Shown here: piece after piece, positions 23,465-35,291 of the stretch
Numbering within the stretch: the first letter of the stretch is position 1
How the letters are laid out: each line of letters begins with the position of its first letter
Source of the DNA: Mobula hypostoma
Taxonomy: Eukaryota
NCBI RefSeq assembly: GCF_963921235.1
Contig: NC_086108.1
Location: 98,210,001-98,274,000 of the forward strand
Direction of reading: 5' to 3'
DNA length: 64,000 nucleotides
The notes under the pieces: model-generated
Seen by the model: only the letters and a program-made list of their open reading frames with translations
Told to the model about the DNA's origin: nothing
The model's database searches: none
Made by a program: the position numbers and the translations under genes

Positions 23465-24640
23465 TTTTGAGGAGATTTGGTTTGTCACCAAAGACACTCA
23501 CAGATTCCTACAAATGTACAAAGGAGAGCATTCTAACTGGCTGCATCACTGTCTGGTATGGTGGCACCCATGCACAGGATCATAAACAGCTGCTAGCCTC
23601 TCCTCCATCGAGCACACCTTCAGAAAGCGATGCCTCAAAATGGCAGCATCCATCATTAAGGACGCTCACTGCGCCGGTCATGCGGCCTTCTCATTATACC
23701 GTCAAGGTGGCGGTACATGAGCCTGAAGACAGACAGACGCACACCCCATCCCCTTTTAGAAACAGCTTCTTCCCCTCCACCATCAGATTTCTGAGTGCTC
23801 CATGAACCCAAGTTCACGACTTTGTTCTCTTCTTGCACTTGTTTTTATACATTCTTACTGCAACTTTTAGTAATTTTTTTCTCTTGCATTGCACTGTATT
23901 GTTGCAACAACACACCAAATTTCATGACATTGCTGGCATTCTTCCGTCTCGCAAGACAGTGGGTATAACATGAGAAAAGTCAACTTGTGGTGGTGCACTT
24001 CCTAGAGTGGCCATGGAGTCCTACTCTGGAGCGACAGTCTCGTCCACACTGCCCGCAGGTGAAGGAAGATGGGCATCTTGTTGGAGTGGCCCTCTTCTTC
24101 TGTCAAGTTCTCTTGGCAGCCAGCTCGTTGACGTGCGTATTTTCTGCTCTCTTCATGCCCTATGGAACTGCCAGACTCCAGGCAGCCTGCTCGTCTCCCA
24201 CGTCTTCCCAGTTGTTCACATCGAGGTTGGCCAGCTTCAGATCCATTTTGCAGTTAATGTTGAAGCAAATCTGCGGGCGACCAACTGGGCATGCACCCCC
24301 TGCCAGCTGCCCATACAGCAGGTCTTTCAGGATTCAGCCAGAGCCCATTCACCTGCTGTGTCCTAACCATCTGAGCCACCTCTGGCTGAGGGTAAACGTG
24401 CTGGGGATACCTGTTGTAAGACCTCTATATTAGTGGCCCTGTCCTGCCAAGCAATGTACAGGATCCATGTGAGCCAGCGCAGGTGAAAGCTGCTCAATTT
24501 TTTCCTCAAGTCGCATAGATTGTCCAGGTTTCTCTGCTGTAAAGGAGAGTGCCAAGGACACAGGCTTGGTACACACACAGCTTGGTGTTTGCAGTCAGCT
24601 GGCAAGACATATCAGTGATAATGAACCCAATTCTGATTCT
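23465..24640 (+). mobile_element. Degraded Rex1-type 3' fragment interrupted by an RTE fragment
   Basis: LRRFGLSPKTLTDSYKCTKESILTGCITVWYG. The tail resumes at 24611. Confidence 0.8.
23931..24602 (-). mobile_element. RTE-clade LINE 3' fragment (second family)
   Basis: VYQACVLGTLLYSRETWTIY / KLSSFHLRWLTWILYIAWQDRATNIEVL. Imperfect TSD CATGACAT/CAAGACAT. Confidence 0.85.
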
Positions 24641-25401
24641 TCTCCGGAGAAGAGACAGCTGAGTGGTGGCCGTAGGACCTGTAAAGTCATGGTTTTGATA
24701 GAGTGAATGTAAAGAGGATGTTTCCTCATGAGTGAGAGGCATAATTAGAGGGCATCATTACAAGACAGTCACCAAAAAACTCAATTAGTTAAAGCTACTT
24801 ATGAGTTTTCCAGTGATCATGTGAATGTGGAAGCTGGTGACCGAAGGAAGGGGATGTATTTAAGGGGAGGATCAACAAGTACATGAGGAAGAACGGAAGA
24901 GAGAGCCATGACGATAGATTTAGAAATGGACAAGAAAGGAGGGGGTTCAAATGAAGCACAAATGTCTGCATGAACAGGTTGGGCTGATTGGCCCATTTCT
25001 GCCCTGTACAACCAGAGATCGTGGGCTAAAGGTGAAAGGTGAAAAGTTTAAGGGGAACACGGGGGGAAACTTCTTCACTCAGAGGGTCGTCAGAGTGTGG
25101 AACGAGCTGCCAGCACAACTGGCGCATGTGAGCTCAATTCCACTGTTTAAGAGAACTTTTGATAGGTATACAGATGGTAGGAGTATGGAGGGCTGTGGTC
25201 CTAGGGCAGAGTTGATGGCGGTAGGCAGTTTAAAAATGTTCAGCATGGACTAGATGGGCCAAAGGGCCTGCTCTGTGCTGTACTTTTGGTACAGTACAGG
25301 GGCAGTGGGGGGGATGTCAGAGACAAGTTTTTTTTTAAACTGAGAGTGGTGGGTACAGGGAATACCCTGCCAGGGTGGTGACACAGGCAGATATATTAGT
25401 G

Positions 25402-25480
25402 CAGGAGTTTCTAACCTTTTTATGCCATGGACTGCTACCATTAACCAAGTGATCTATTGACCCCAGGTTGGGAACCCCTG
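25402..25480. mobile_element. hAT-like MITE
   Basis: CAGGAGTTTCTAACCT...AGGTTGGGAACCCCTG inverted ends. Same family as 5111. Confidence 0.8.
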
Positions 25481-26469
25481 CATAAGGCGCACTTAAGAAA
25501 CTCTTAAATTGGCACAAAATAATAAAAGATATATGGCTACATAGGAGGGAAAGGTCATAAGAGCCTGTACTGTGCTGTATTGTTCTCTCTGTCTACAAGA
25601 TTACCTCTTAGTCTCAGGCTCTCTGGGGCGAGGAGAGACACTCCTACACTTTCTAATGTGACCTGTAGAAGAACCATTTCGGATGAAAAATAAACCAAGC
25701 ACCCAAGGCATCAGTAGTACATAATGAAGACTCATCCTTACTGACTGGAAAGCACAAGGCAAAAGAAAAAGTATCACACACGGATGGAAATGACAAAGAT
25801 CACCCAGCTTCCAAATTGCACAGTGACATGGATTGTAGATTTGCACTTTTTTTTTTGTTACTACTTATGGGCAATTTTTAAATTGGGGCGGCCTGTAGAT
25901 AATAAACACTGAGCTGGATGCTACTGAAATGTGCCTTTTGATTTTTTTGTTCGTAGTATTATGTTTTTGCTCGCCTTTTTATTGTCGTTTGCATTTTTCT
26001 TTGTGTGCAGTGTAGGGTGGGTTTGATGTTTTTCCTTTGGACAGATTGGTCTCCTGCATCCTCTGTCATGACTGTCTGTGGGGGAGACTAATTTCAGGGG
26101 TGTATACTGCATATATACTTTGATAAATAAGTGTGCTGAGGCTGGAACATGAAAATGAGAACAGAGAACACTCAGCAGGTCAAGCAGCATCAAGGGAAAG
26201 AGAAAGAGGGTTAATCTTTCAGGTTGTGGACTCTTCATCTGAATGTTTGTCTTTCCACTGATGCACCCTGGCTTGGAGTGCTTTTAGATTTTGTTTTATT
26301 TAGACCCACACAAACTCCACAATGATGTTTTGCAGAACACAGAATAGTACAGGCGCAGCAATAGGCCTCTCAGCCCGGGATGTTGTCCCAAATAATTAGA
26401 ATAAAATCAAAATGTTTAACTCAATGAATCCTTTCTATCTATGTTCTCAGCCCCATACTCTCCCCCTAA

Positions 26470-26549
26470 GAGGGGTTCTCAACCTTCTTTATGCCACCGA
26501 CCAATACCATTAAGTAAGGGGTACACGAACACCAGTTTGGGAACCCCTG
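26470..26549. mobile_element. hAT-like MITE
   Basis: GAGGGGTTCTCAACCT...TTTGGGAACCCCTG. Same family as 5111. Confidence 0.8.
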
Positions 26550-26559
26550 ATCTATACTG

Positions 26560-27640
26560 AGTGGTCAGATTCTGCTCCAAACTCCATCAAGTTTGCAAAT
26601 GATACCACTGTCATTGACTCATCGTTCCTTGAGATGTGGCCAGTGCACAGGAAGGAGGCAGAGGGCTGAGTGACATGGTGTCATAACAATAACCTTTCCC
26701 TCAACGCCAACAAAAGAGCTGCTCAGTGATTTCAGAGAGGCGGGGGTAGGACTGGGCAGTGCACATGTCCCTGTCTACATCAACAGTGTTGAGGTTGAGA
26801 GCATTCAGAGCTTCAAGTTCCTTAGTGTGAACATCTTGGTCCAGTCATGTTGATCATCATCAGCAGGTGCCGTTCCCAGTTTGAGCTTTGACTGCCATGG
26901 CCCACACACCCCGTTCTTGTAGGCCGTCTCGTCATCCCCTCTGATCAGGCCGACCACCGTGGTGTCGTCTGCAAACTTGATTATGGAGTTAGAACCATGT
27001 ACAGGAACGCAGTCATAGGTGAAAAGGGAGTACAGAAGAGGGCTCAGCACACAGCGTTGAGGCACACCAGTGTTCAGGGTGAGAGTGGAGGAGGAGAGTA
27101 CCCTTTATTCTGCATCATTACCCTGTTCTACCTCAATACACTGTAATGATTTGATCTGTATAAACAGTATGCAAGACAAGCTTTTCACATATCGATACAG
27201 CTATAAAGAAGTCAAGACAGAGGCTATATTTCATTAAGAGTTTCCGGAGATTTGGTATGTCACCAAAAAACATTTGCAAATTTCTACAGATGTACTGTGG
27301 AGAGCATTCTAACCGGTTACATCACCGACTGGTATGAGGGTGGGGAGGGTGAGCTACTGTACAGGATCGAAGGAAGCTGCAGAGAGTTCTAAAATTTGTT
27401 AGTTCCATCATGGGCACTAGACTCTGTAGTATTCAAGACATCTTCAATGCACAATGCCTCGAAAAGGCAGCATCCATCTTTAAGGACTCCCATCACCCAG
27501 GGCATACCCTCTTCTCATTGCTACAATCAGGAAGGAGGTACATTCAGGAACATCATTTTCTCCTCTTGCCATCCAATTTCTGAATGGACATTGAACCCAT
27601 GAACACTACCTCACTTTTTATTTTAAATTTCTGCTTTCTG
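26560..27640. mobile_element. Rex1/Babar fragments: plus-strand copy interrupted by a minus-strand copy (~26870-27100)
   Basis: Minus: PQRCVLSPLLYSLFTYDC..IIKFADDTTVVGLI. Plus: IKFANDTTVI and FYRCTVESILT. Confidence 0.85.
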
Positions 27641-27879
27641 CACTACTCTTGGTACAAACCAACACCAATGTCTATACCACTCCATTCTCTGCATGCTCAT
27701 GTGCCTATCCAAGTGCCTTTTAAACACCTCTTTTGGTTTTGCCTCCATTACCACCCCAGCAGTTATTCCAGGCAGTCACTCTGCACATCACACGAGACAG
27801 TGAGTTACACAACAGTGTAAAGAACCGCTGGGCCTATCAATGTTGGCAGGAGCAACTTGATTTAATACAAGTAACACAG

Positions 27880-28825
27880 AAAGATAACTTGCACAGCCCT
27901 GAAACAGACTTGATGTGCAAGCATTATTACACAGTAGGAAATGTAATGGCCACTCTGTGTGGAGCAAGATGCCACACTTAACATGGAAACGACCAAATAA
28001 TCTGCTTTTACAATGACCCGGATTAGGGGATAAATTTTGGCCATGATACAGGGGATAATTCATCTCTGCTCCTTCTCAAAACACAGAGAGAGCCTCAGGA
28101 TTTAGGATTTAGTTTGGGTGGGGGGGGGGATTAGAGAGATAGGGGTAAATAAACTGCAGATGTTATCATACTGCATCAGATCAATCGCAATAACATGGTG
28201 AACGAGCAAGTGTGCATGCGGCCAAAGGGATGACGAAGTGAATCTGTTTCATTCAGAGATAGTGTGGTACAGCCCCTTCTGGCCCAATGAAGCACATTGC
28301 CCGGCATCCTCTCTATTTAACACCAGCCTAATCACATGACAATTTACAATAAATGAACAATTAACCCACTAAACGGTATGTCTTTGGATTGTGAAAGAAA
28401 ACCCACACGCTCACGGGAAGAATGCAGAAACTCCTTTCGGGGGTATCGGAATTGAAGGCTAACCACGACGCTACTGTGGCACCCACCGACTGGGTTCCCT
28501 ACGTGAGAGAGGTGCTGTTATTTGGCATGGGCCTTCGAGTACGCATGTTGTAGCTCCCACACTGCAAGTTGGCAAGCACTTACTGTTACTAACATGACTC
28601 AGTAAAAACATTTAATCAGACTACTCTGTTGTCCATCTAGCTCCGTGCATATGTAACAAACGTCTGAAATAAAAGCCTCCTGCCTCATCTTAAGGATGAC
28701 ACCTTTGGCAGTACAAGGCTCTCACAATAACGCACAGGAGAACCAGCCTTGATATCTATGTAGGATTCAGAAGTGGGTCTCAAATCTGCAATCCTCAAGC
28801 ATGGAGTGCTATTTACTGACCACAG
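27880..28825 (-). mobile_element. Ancient Deu-domain SINE (SacSINE1/AmnSINE1-like) in two pieces: 27880-28100 and 28670-28825
   Basis: Resembles the Deu-SINE consensus as I recall it (GTAGGAAATG..GCCA..AGCAAGAT.CCACA..GACCA.ATAATCTG..GGGATAAAT.TTGGCCA.GA.AC.GGGGA; CAGCCT.GAT..GAAGTGGG.CT..AA). Not database-verified. Confidence 0.55.
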
Positions 28826-29321
28826 TTCATACTTATTGCAGTACATTGTACCAGTGTGGTAGCTTTCAGGTCAATATTCAGTAGATGCTAACAGTAATGA
28901 TTTTAAACAAAAAAAATCTACAAGTTAGGTATATCTAAACTATGATGGAATGACCATAAGACATAAGAACAGAATTAGGTCATCCGGCCCATGGAGTCTG
29001 CTTCGCCATTCAACCATGACTGATCCTTTTTGTTTTCTCCTCTCCTCAACCCTACTTCTGGCCTTCTCCCCGTAAGCTTTGATGCCATATCCAATCATGA
29101 ACCTATCAATCTCTGCCTTAAATACACCAACGACCTGGCCTGCACAGCTGCATGTGGCAACAAATTCCACAAATTCACCACCCTCTGGCTAAAGAAATTT
29201 CTCCACATCTTTGTTTTGAAAGGTCGCCCCTCTACCCCGAGGCTGTGCCCTCTTATCCTAGACTCTCCCACCATGGGAAAAATCCTTTCCCCACCTACTC
29301 TGCCCAGGCCTTTCAACATTC

Positions 29322-31632
29322 ATAGAAACATAGAAAATAGGTGCAGGAGTAGGCCATTTATTATGATCATGGCTGATCATCCAACTCAGAACCCAGCCTT
29401 CCCTCCATACCCCCTGACCCCTGTAGCCACAAGGGCCATATCTAACTTCCTTTTAAATATAGCTAATGAACTGGCCTCAACAGTTTGCTGTGGCAGAGAA
29501 TTCCACAGATTCACCACTCTCTGTGTGAAGAAGTTTTTCCTAATCTCGGTCCTAAAAGGCTTCCCCTCTATCCTCAAACTGTGACCCCTCGTTCTGGACC
29601 TCCCCAACATCGGGAACAATCTTCCCGCATCTAGCCTGTCCAATCCCTTTAGGATCTTATACGTTTCAATCAGATCCCCCCTCAATCTTCTAAATTCCAA
29701 CGAGTACAAGCCCAGTTCATCCAGTCTTTCTTCATATGAAAGACCTGCCATCCCAGGAATCAATCTGGTGAACCTTCTTTGTACTCCCTCTATGGCAAAG
29801 ATGTCTTTCCTCAGATTAGGGGACCAAAACTGCACACAATACTCCAGGTGTGGTCTCACCAAGGCCTTGTACAACTGCAGTAGTACCTCCCTGCTCCTGT
29901 ACTCGAATCCTCTCGCTATAAATGCCAGCATACCGTTCGCCTTTTTCACCGCCTGCTGTACCTGCATGCCCACTTTCAATGACTGGTGTATAATGACACC
30001 CAGGTCTCGTTGCACCTCCCCTTTTCCTAATCGGCCACCATTCAGATAATAATCTGTTTTCCTATTTTTGCCACCAAAGTGGATAACTTCACATTTATCC
30101 ACATTAAATTGCATCTGCCATGAGTTTGCCCACTCACCCAACCTATCCAAGTCACCCTGCATCCTCTTAGCATCCTCCTCACTGCTAACACTGCCACCCA
30201 GCTTCGTGTCATCCGCAAACTTGGAGATGCTGCATTTAATTCCCTCATCCAAGTCATTAATATATATTGTAAAAAACTGGGGTCCCAGCACTGAGCCTTG
30301 CGGTACCCCACTAGTCACCGCCTGCCATTCTGAAAAGGTCCCGTTTATTCCCACTCTTTGCTTCCTGTCTGCTAACCAATTCTCCACCCACACCAATACC
30401 TTACCCCCAATACCGTGTGCTTTAAGTTTGCACACTAATCTCCTGTGTGGGACCTTGTCAAAAGCCTTTTGAAAATCCAAATATACCACATCCACTGGTT
30501 CTCCCCTATCCACTCTACTAGTTACATCCTCAAAAAATTCTATGAGATTCGTCAGACATGATTTTCCTTTCACAAATCCATGCTGACTTTGTCCAATCAT
30601 TTCACCGCTTTCCAAATGTGCTGTTATCACATCCTTGATAACTGACTCCAGCAGTTTCCCCACCACCGACGTTAGGCTAACCGGCCTATAATTCCCCGGT
30701 TTCTCTCTCCCTCCTTTTTTAAAAAGTGGGGTTACATTAGCCACCCTCCAATCCTCAGGAACTAGTCCAGAATCTAACGAGTTTTGAAAAATTATCACTA
30801 ATGCATCCACTATTTCTTGGGCTACTTCCTTAAGCACTCTGGGATGCAGACCATCTGGCCCTGGGGATTTATCTGCCTTCAATCCCTTCAATTTACCTAA
30901 CACCACTTCCCTACTAACATGTATTTCGCTCAGTTCCTCCATCTCACTGGACCCTCTGTCCCTTACTATTTCTGGAAGATTATTTATTTCCTCCTTAGTG
31001 AAGACAGAACCAAAGTAATTATTCAATTGGTCTGCCATGTCCTTGCTCCCCATAATCAATTCACCTGTTTCTGTTTGCAGGGGACCTACATTTGTCTTTA
31101 TCAGTCTTTTCCCTTTTACATATCTATAAAAGCTTTTACAGTCCGTTTTTATGTTCTCTGCCAGTTTTCTCTCATAATCTTTTTTCCCCTTCCTAATTAA
31201 GCCCTTTGTCCTCCTCTGCTGAACTCTGAATTTCTCCCAGTCCTCAGGTGAGCCACTTTCTCTGGCTAATTTGTATGCTACTTCTTTGGAATTGATACTA
31301 TCCCTAATTTCTCTTGTCAGCCACGGGTGCACTACCTTCCTTGATTTATTCTTTTGCCAAACTGGGATGAACAATTGTTGTAGTTCATCCATGCAACCTT
31401 TAAATGCCTGCCATTGCATATCCACCGTCAATCCTTTAAGTGTCATTTGCCAGTCTATCTTAGCTAATTCACGACTCATACCTTCAAAGTTACCCCTCTT
31501 TAAGTTCAGAACCTTTGTTTCTGAATTAACTACGTCACTCTCCATGTTAATGAAGAATTCCACCATATTATGGTCACTCTTACCCAAGGGGCCTCTCACG
31601 ACAAGATCGCTAATTAACCCTTCCTCATTGCT
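29322..31632 (-). mobile_element. Young 5'-truncated CR1-type LINE
   Basis: TSD CATTC (29317-29321, 31633-31637), (CTATGTTT)n-type tail, uninterrupted ORF. Confidence 0.95.
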
Positions 31633-31635
31633 CAT
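29386..31635 (-). CDS. CR1 ORF2 (endonuclease C-terminus plus complete RT), 5'-truncated, 749 codons without a stop
   Basis: [56 protein letters not shown] motifs. It lacks the N-terminus, so the track start is not a real initiator. Confidence 0.9.
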   Translation of the reverse strand: MSNEEGLISDLVVRGPLGKSDHNMVEFFINMESDVVNSETKVLNLKRGNFEGMSRELAKIDWQMTLKGLTVDMQWQAFKGCMDELQQLFIPVWQKNKSRKVVHPWLTREIRDSINSKEVAYKLARESGSPEDWEKFRVQQRRTKGLIRKGKKDYERKLAENIKTDCKSFYRYVKGKRLIKTNVGPLQTETGELIMGSKDMADQLNNYFGSVFTKEEINNLPEIVRDRGSSEMEELSEIHVSREVVLGKLKGLKADKSPGPDGLHPRVLKEVAQEIVDALVIIFQNSLDSGLVPEDWRVANVTPLFKKGGREKPGNYRPVSLTSVVGKLLESVIKDVITAHLESGEMIGQSQHGFVKGKSCLTNLIEFFEDVTSRVDRGEPVDVVYLDFQKAFDKVPHRRLVCKLKAHGIGGKVLVWVENWLADRKQRVGINGTFSEWQAVTSGVPQGSVLGPQFFTIYINDLDEGIKCSISKFADDTKLGGSVSSEEDAKRMQGDLDRLGEWANSWQMQFNVDKCEVIHFGGKNRKTDYYLNGGRLGKGEVQRDLGVIIHQSLKVGMQVQQAVKKANGMLAFIARGFEYRSREVLLQLYKALVRPHLEYCVQFWSPNLRKDIFAIEGVQRRFTRLIPGMAGLSYEERLDELGLYSLEFRRLRGDLIETYKILKGLDRLDAGRLFPMLGRSRTRGHSLRIEGKPFRTEIRKNFFTQRVVNLWNSLPQQTVEASSLAIFKRKLDMALVATGVRGYGGKAGF

Positions 31636-32841
31636 TCGAAAGGTTTCAATGAGATCCCCCCCCTCATCCTTCTGAATTCCAGTGAGTACAGACCCACAGA
31701 CATCAACATTCCTCGTATGATAACCCTTTCATTCCTGGAATCATTTTTGTGAACCTCTTTTGGACCCTTACCAATGCCAGCAGATGAGGGGCCAAAACTG
31801 TTCACAATACTCAAGGCGAGGCCTCACCAGTGCCTTATAAAGCCTCAGCATCCACCTCCTTGCTCTTGTATTCTAGACATCTTGAAATGAATGCTAACCT
31901 GGCATTTACCTTCCTCACCACCGGCTCAACCTGCAAGTTACTTTTTAGGGTGTTCTGCACAAGGAATCCCAAGTTCCTCTGTATCTCAGATTTTTGGATT
32001 TTCTCCTCGTTTAGAAAATAGTCCGCACATTTATTTCTTCTACCAAAGTGCATGACCATGCATTTTCCAACATAGTATTTAATTTGCCATTTTCTTGCCC
32101 ATTCTCCTAATCTGTCTAAGTCCTACTACACCCAGCCTGTTTCCTCAACACTACCTGCCCCTCCTCCAAACTTGGTAACAAGGCCATCCATTCTATCATC
32201 TAAATCATTTATATACAAAATAAAACGAAGTGGTCCCAACACCGACCCCTGCGGAACACCACTAGTCACTGGCAGCCAAGTCTTCGGTTATATTTACAGT
32301 GGAAAAGGATCCTTTTATTCTCCACTCACTGCCTTCTACCAATTAGCCAATGTTTTAACCATGTTAGTAACTTTCCTGAAATACCATGGGCTCTTAACTT
32401 GGAAAGCAGCCTCATGTGTGCCACCTTGCCAAAGGCCTTCTGAAAGCCCAAATATACAACATCCACTGCATCCCCTTTATCTATCCTACTTCTAATCTCC
32501 TCAAAGAATTCCAACAGGTTCTTCAGGCAGGATTTTCCCTGAAGGAAACCATGCTGACTTTGTTCTATCTTGTCCTGTGTCACCAAGTACTCCATCACCT
32601 CATCCTTAACAACTAACTCTAACACTAACATCTTTCCAACCACTGAGGTCAGGCTAACTGGTCTATAATTTCCTTTGTACTGCCTTCTTCCTTTCTTAAA
32701 GAGTGGAGTGACATTTACAATTTTCCAGTCTTCAGGCACCATGCCAATGATTTCTGAAAGATCATTTCTAATGCCATCACAATCTCTAACGCTACCCTTT
32801 TCAGAATGCTAGGGTGCAGTTCATCTGGTCTGGGTGACTTA

Positions 32842-33908
32842 CAGAGACGTAGAAAACCTACAGCACAATAGAGCTCCTTCAGCCCACAAAGCTGTGCCAA
32901 ACATGTACTTACTTTAGAAATTACCTAGGGTTACCCATAGCCCTCTATTTTTCTAAGCTCTATGTACCTATCCAGGAGTCTCTTAAAAAGAGCTTATCAA
33001 ATCCGCCTCCACCACTGTCGCCGGCAGCCCATTCCACGCACTCACAACTCTGCGAAAAACTTACCCCTGATATTTCTTCTGAACCTACCTCCAAGCACCT
33101 TAAAACTATGCCCTCTTGTGCTAGCCATTTCAGCCCTCGAAAAAAGCCTTTGACTATGCACATGATGAATGCTTCTCATCATCTTGTACACCTCTATCAG
33201 GTCACCTCTCATCCTCCGTTGCTCCAAGGAGAAAAGGCCAAGTTCACTCAACCTATTCTCATAAGGCATTCTCCCCAATCCAGGCAACAACCTTGTAGAT
33301 CTCCTCTGGACCCTTTTTATGGTTTCCACATCCTTCCTATAGTGAGGCAACCAGAATTGAGCACAGTACTCCAAGTGGGATCTGACCAGGGTCTTATATA
33401 GCCGAAACATTACCTCTTGGCTCTTAAACTCACTCCCACGATTGATGAAAGCCAATAGCCTGTGTGCCTTCTTAACCACAGAGTCAACCTGCGGAGCAGC
33501 TTTGAGTGTCCTATGGACTCAGTCCCCAAGATCCCTCTGATCCTGCACACTGCCAAGTCTTACCATTAATACTATATTCTGCCATCATTTTTGACCTACC
33601 AAAATGAACCACCTCACACTTATCTGGGTTCAACTCCATCTGCAACTTCTCAGGCCAGTTTTGCATCCTATCGATGTCCCGTTGTAAACTCTGACAGCCC
33701 TCCACAACACCCCCAATCTTTGTGTCATCAGCAAATTTACTAACCACCCCAGCACTTTCTCATCCAGGTCATTTATAAAAATCACGAACAGAAGGGGTCC
33801 CAGAACAGATCCCTGAGGTACACCGCTAGTCACCAACCTTCATGCAGAACATGACCCAAATACAACTACTCTTTGCCTTCTGTGGGCAAGCAAATTTTGG
33901 ATCCACTA
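32842..33908 (-). mobile_element. CR1-type LINE 3' fragment (different subfamily) nested in the older CR1
   Basis: [52 protein letters not shown]. Host sequence ...GACTTA|TGTAC resumes at 33909. Confidence 0.9.
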
Positions 33909-35291
33909 TTATGTACTATTAGGTCTTTCAGCTTTTTGAGCACCTTCTCTCTTGTAATAGTAACTGCACTCACTTCTCTTTTTTCACACACTGCAAAGTC
34001 AGGGATACTGCTAGTATCTTCCACAATGAAGACTGATGTAAGATACTCATTTAGTTCATCAGCCATCTCCTTGTCCCCCATTATTATTTCTCCTGCTTCA
34101 TTTTCTAGCGGTCCTATATCCACTCTCATTTCTCTTTTATTTTTTAACATACTTGAAAAAACTTTTACTATGCACTTTGATATTATTTGCTAGCTTGCTT
34201 TCATATTTCATCTTTTCCCTTCAAATGACAGAGAAACTCAATGGGCCGAATGGCCTAATTCTGTTCTTATGTCTTATGATCTATCCGAAAAGGAGCAGTG
34301 ATCATTAATACTTTAGGTGAGTAATAATTCATCTAATGATTTTATGAGGAGGGGAAAAGAGGTTGGGTTAGTGTGCAGGAGGACTGGCTGCCAGCATAGA
34401 ATACAATTTCTTCATTGCCATGAAGACCAGTTATATAATTCCCAGCATTTCTTATTTGATTACATCAGCTATTCTGCAGTTACAATTATATCTTGCAGGT
34501 AGTATTTCTGACCCAGCTTTTCACAGACAGCACAAAAGAATCGCAGTGTGCCCATGGTAGCGTAGCAGTTTGTGTGATGCTATTACTGCTTAGGGCATTG
34601 GAGTTCAAAACCGACGACACTGCAAGGAGTTGGTATGTCCTTCAAGTAGAATGCGTGGGTTTTCCCCAGGCCCTGTTTCCTCCTATAGTCCAAGACTTGC
34701 CATTTGGTAGGTTAATTGGTCATTGTGAACTGTCCCATGAGTAGGCTGGGGTTAAATCTGGGGTTGCTAGGCATTGCGACTCAAAGGGCCAGACTAACAT
34801 GTTCAGCAATGTATCTCTAAATTAAATACACAAGATTTTGTCGTGCTCTAGAAATGTTTCCTCAGCACAAATGGCACTACCTGCTTTCACCTGAGGCATC
34901 AGCATGCCTTGTCCATCTTCACAAGGGGCGGAGTGCACTAGAGTCAAAGTTGAACATTGCACAAGTATGTGGATGCAATTTAAAAAAAACTTGCAGCCAC
35001 TTCACAGATGCATGACATTCACAAGAAAAGCATTAAACAACATAAATTATACTACAAAGAACAAAAAAAGAGTGCCATTGTTGGGCAGAGTGCTCGTAGT
35101 GTTGTCATACCAAAGTAGTGAATAGGGTTCTAACGAGCCATGTTATGCATGTCCCAGTAACAATACAACACTTCAGTTTGCCTTCAATGACATTTAGAAG
35201 GTCATGTTTAGACTGGGCTAAGAAAACAGAAGAACAAGTGCCCAATCCCCTCCTCCTTTTCCCCAATGTCAGTGGCTCCCACTCTAGTCTA

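Larger units (their letters stand above)
28951..34225 (-). mobile_element. Older CR1-type LINE ORF2 and 3' end, host to two younger CR1 insertions
   Basis: Segments 28951-29321, 31633-32841 and 33909-34225 are colinear (VPEDWKIVNVTPLFKKG..NYRPVSLTSVVGK; FFSQRVVNLWN). Frameshifted. Confidence 0.9.

Noticed and set aside
29386..31635. 749-aa RT as a domesticated host gene or a retron/DGR/defence-type RT system
   Set aside because: It has a typical CR1 ORF2 sequence, 5' truncation, TSD, tandem-repeat tail and a near-identical sister copy, so it is an ordinary young LINE.
29768..31675. Plus-strand ORFs (29768, 30068, 30919, 31271) and most other 60-190 aa ORFs in the track
   Set aside because: They are antisense or off-frame shadows of LINE/SINE sequence, or chance ORFs with non-ATG starts. 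None has independent protein motifs.
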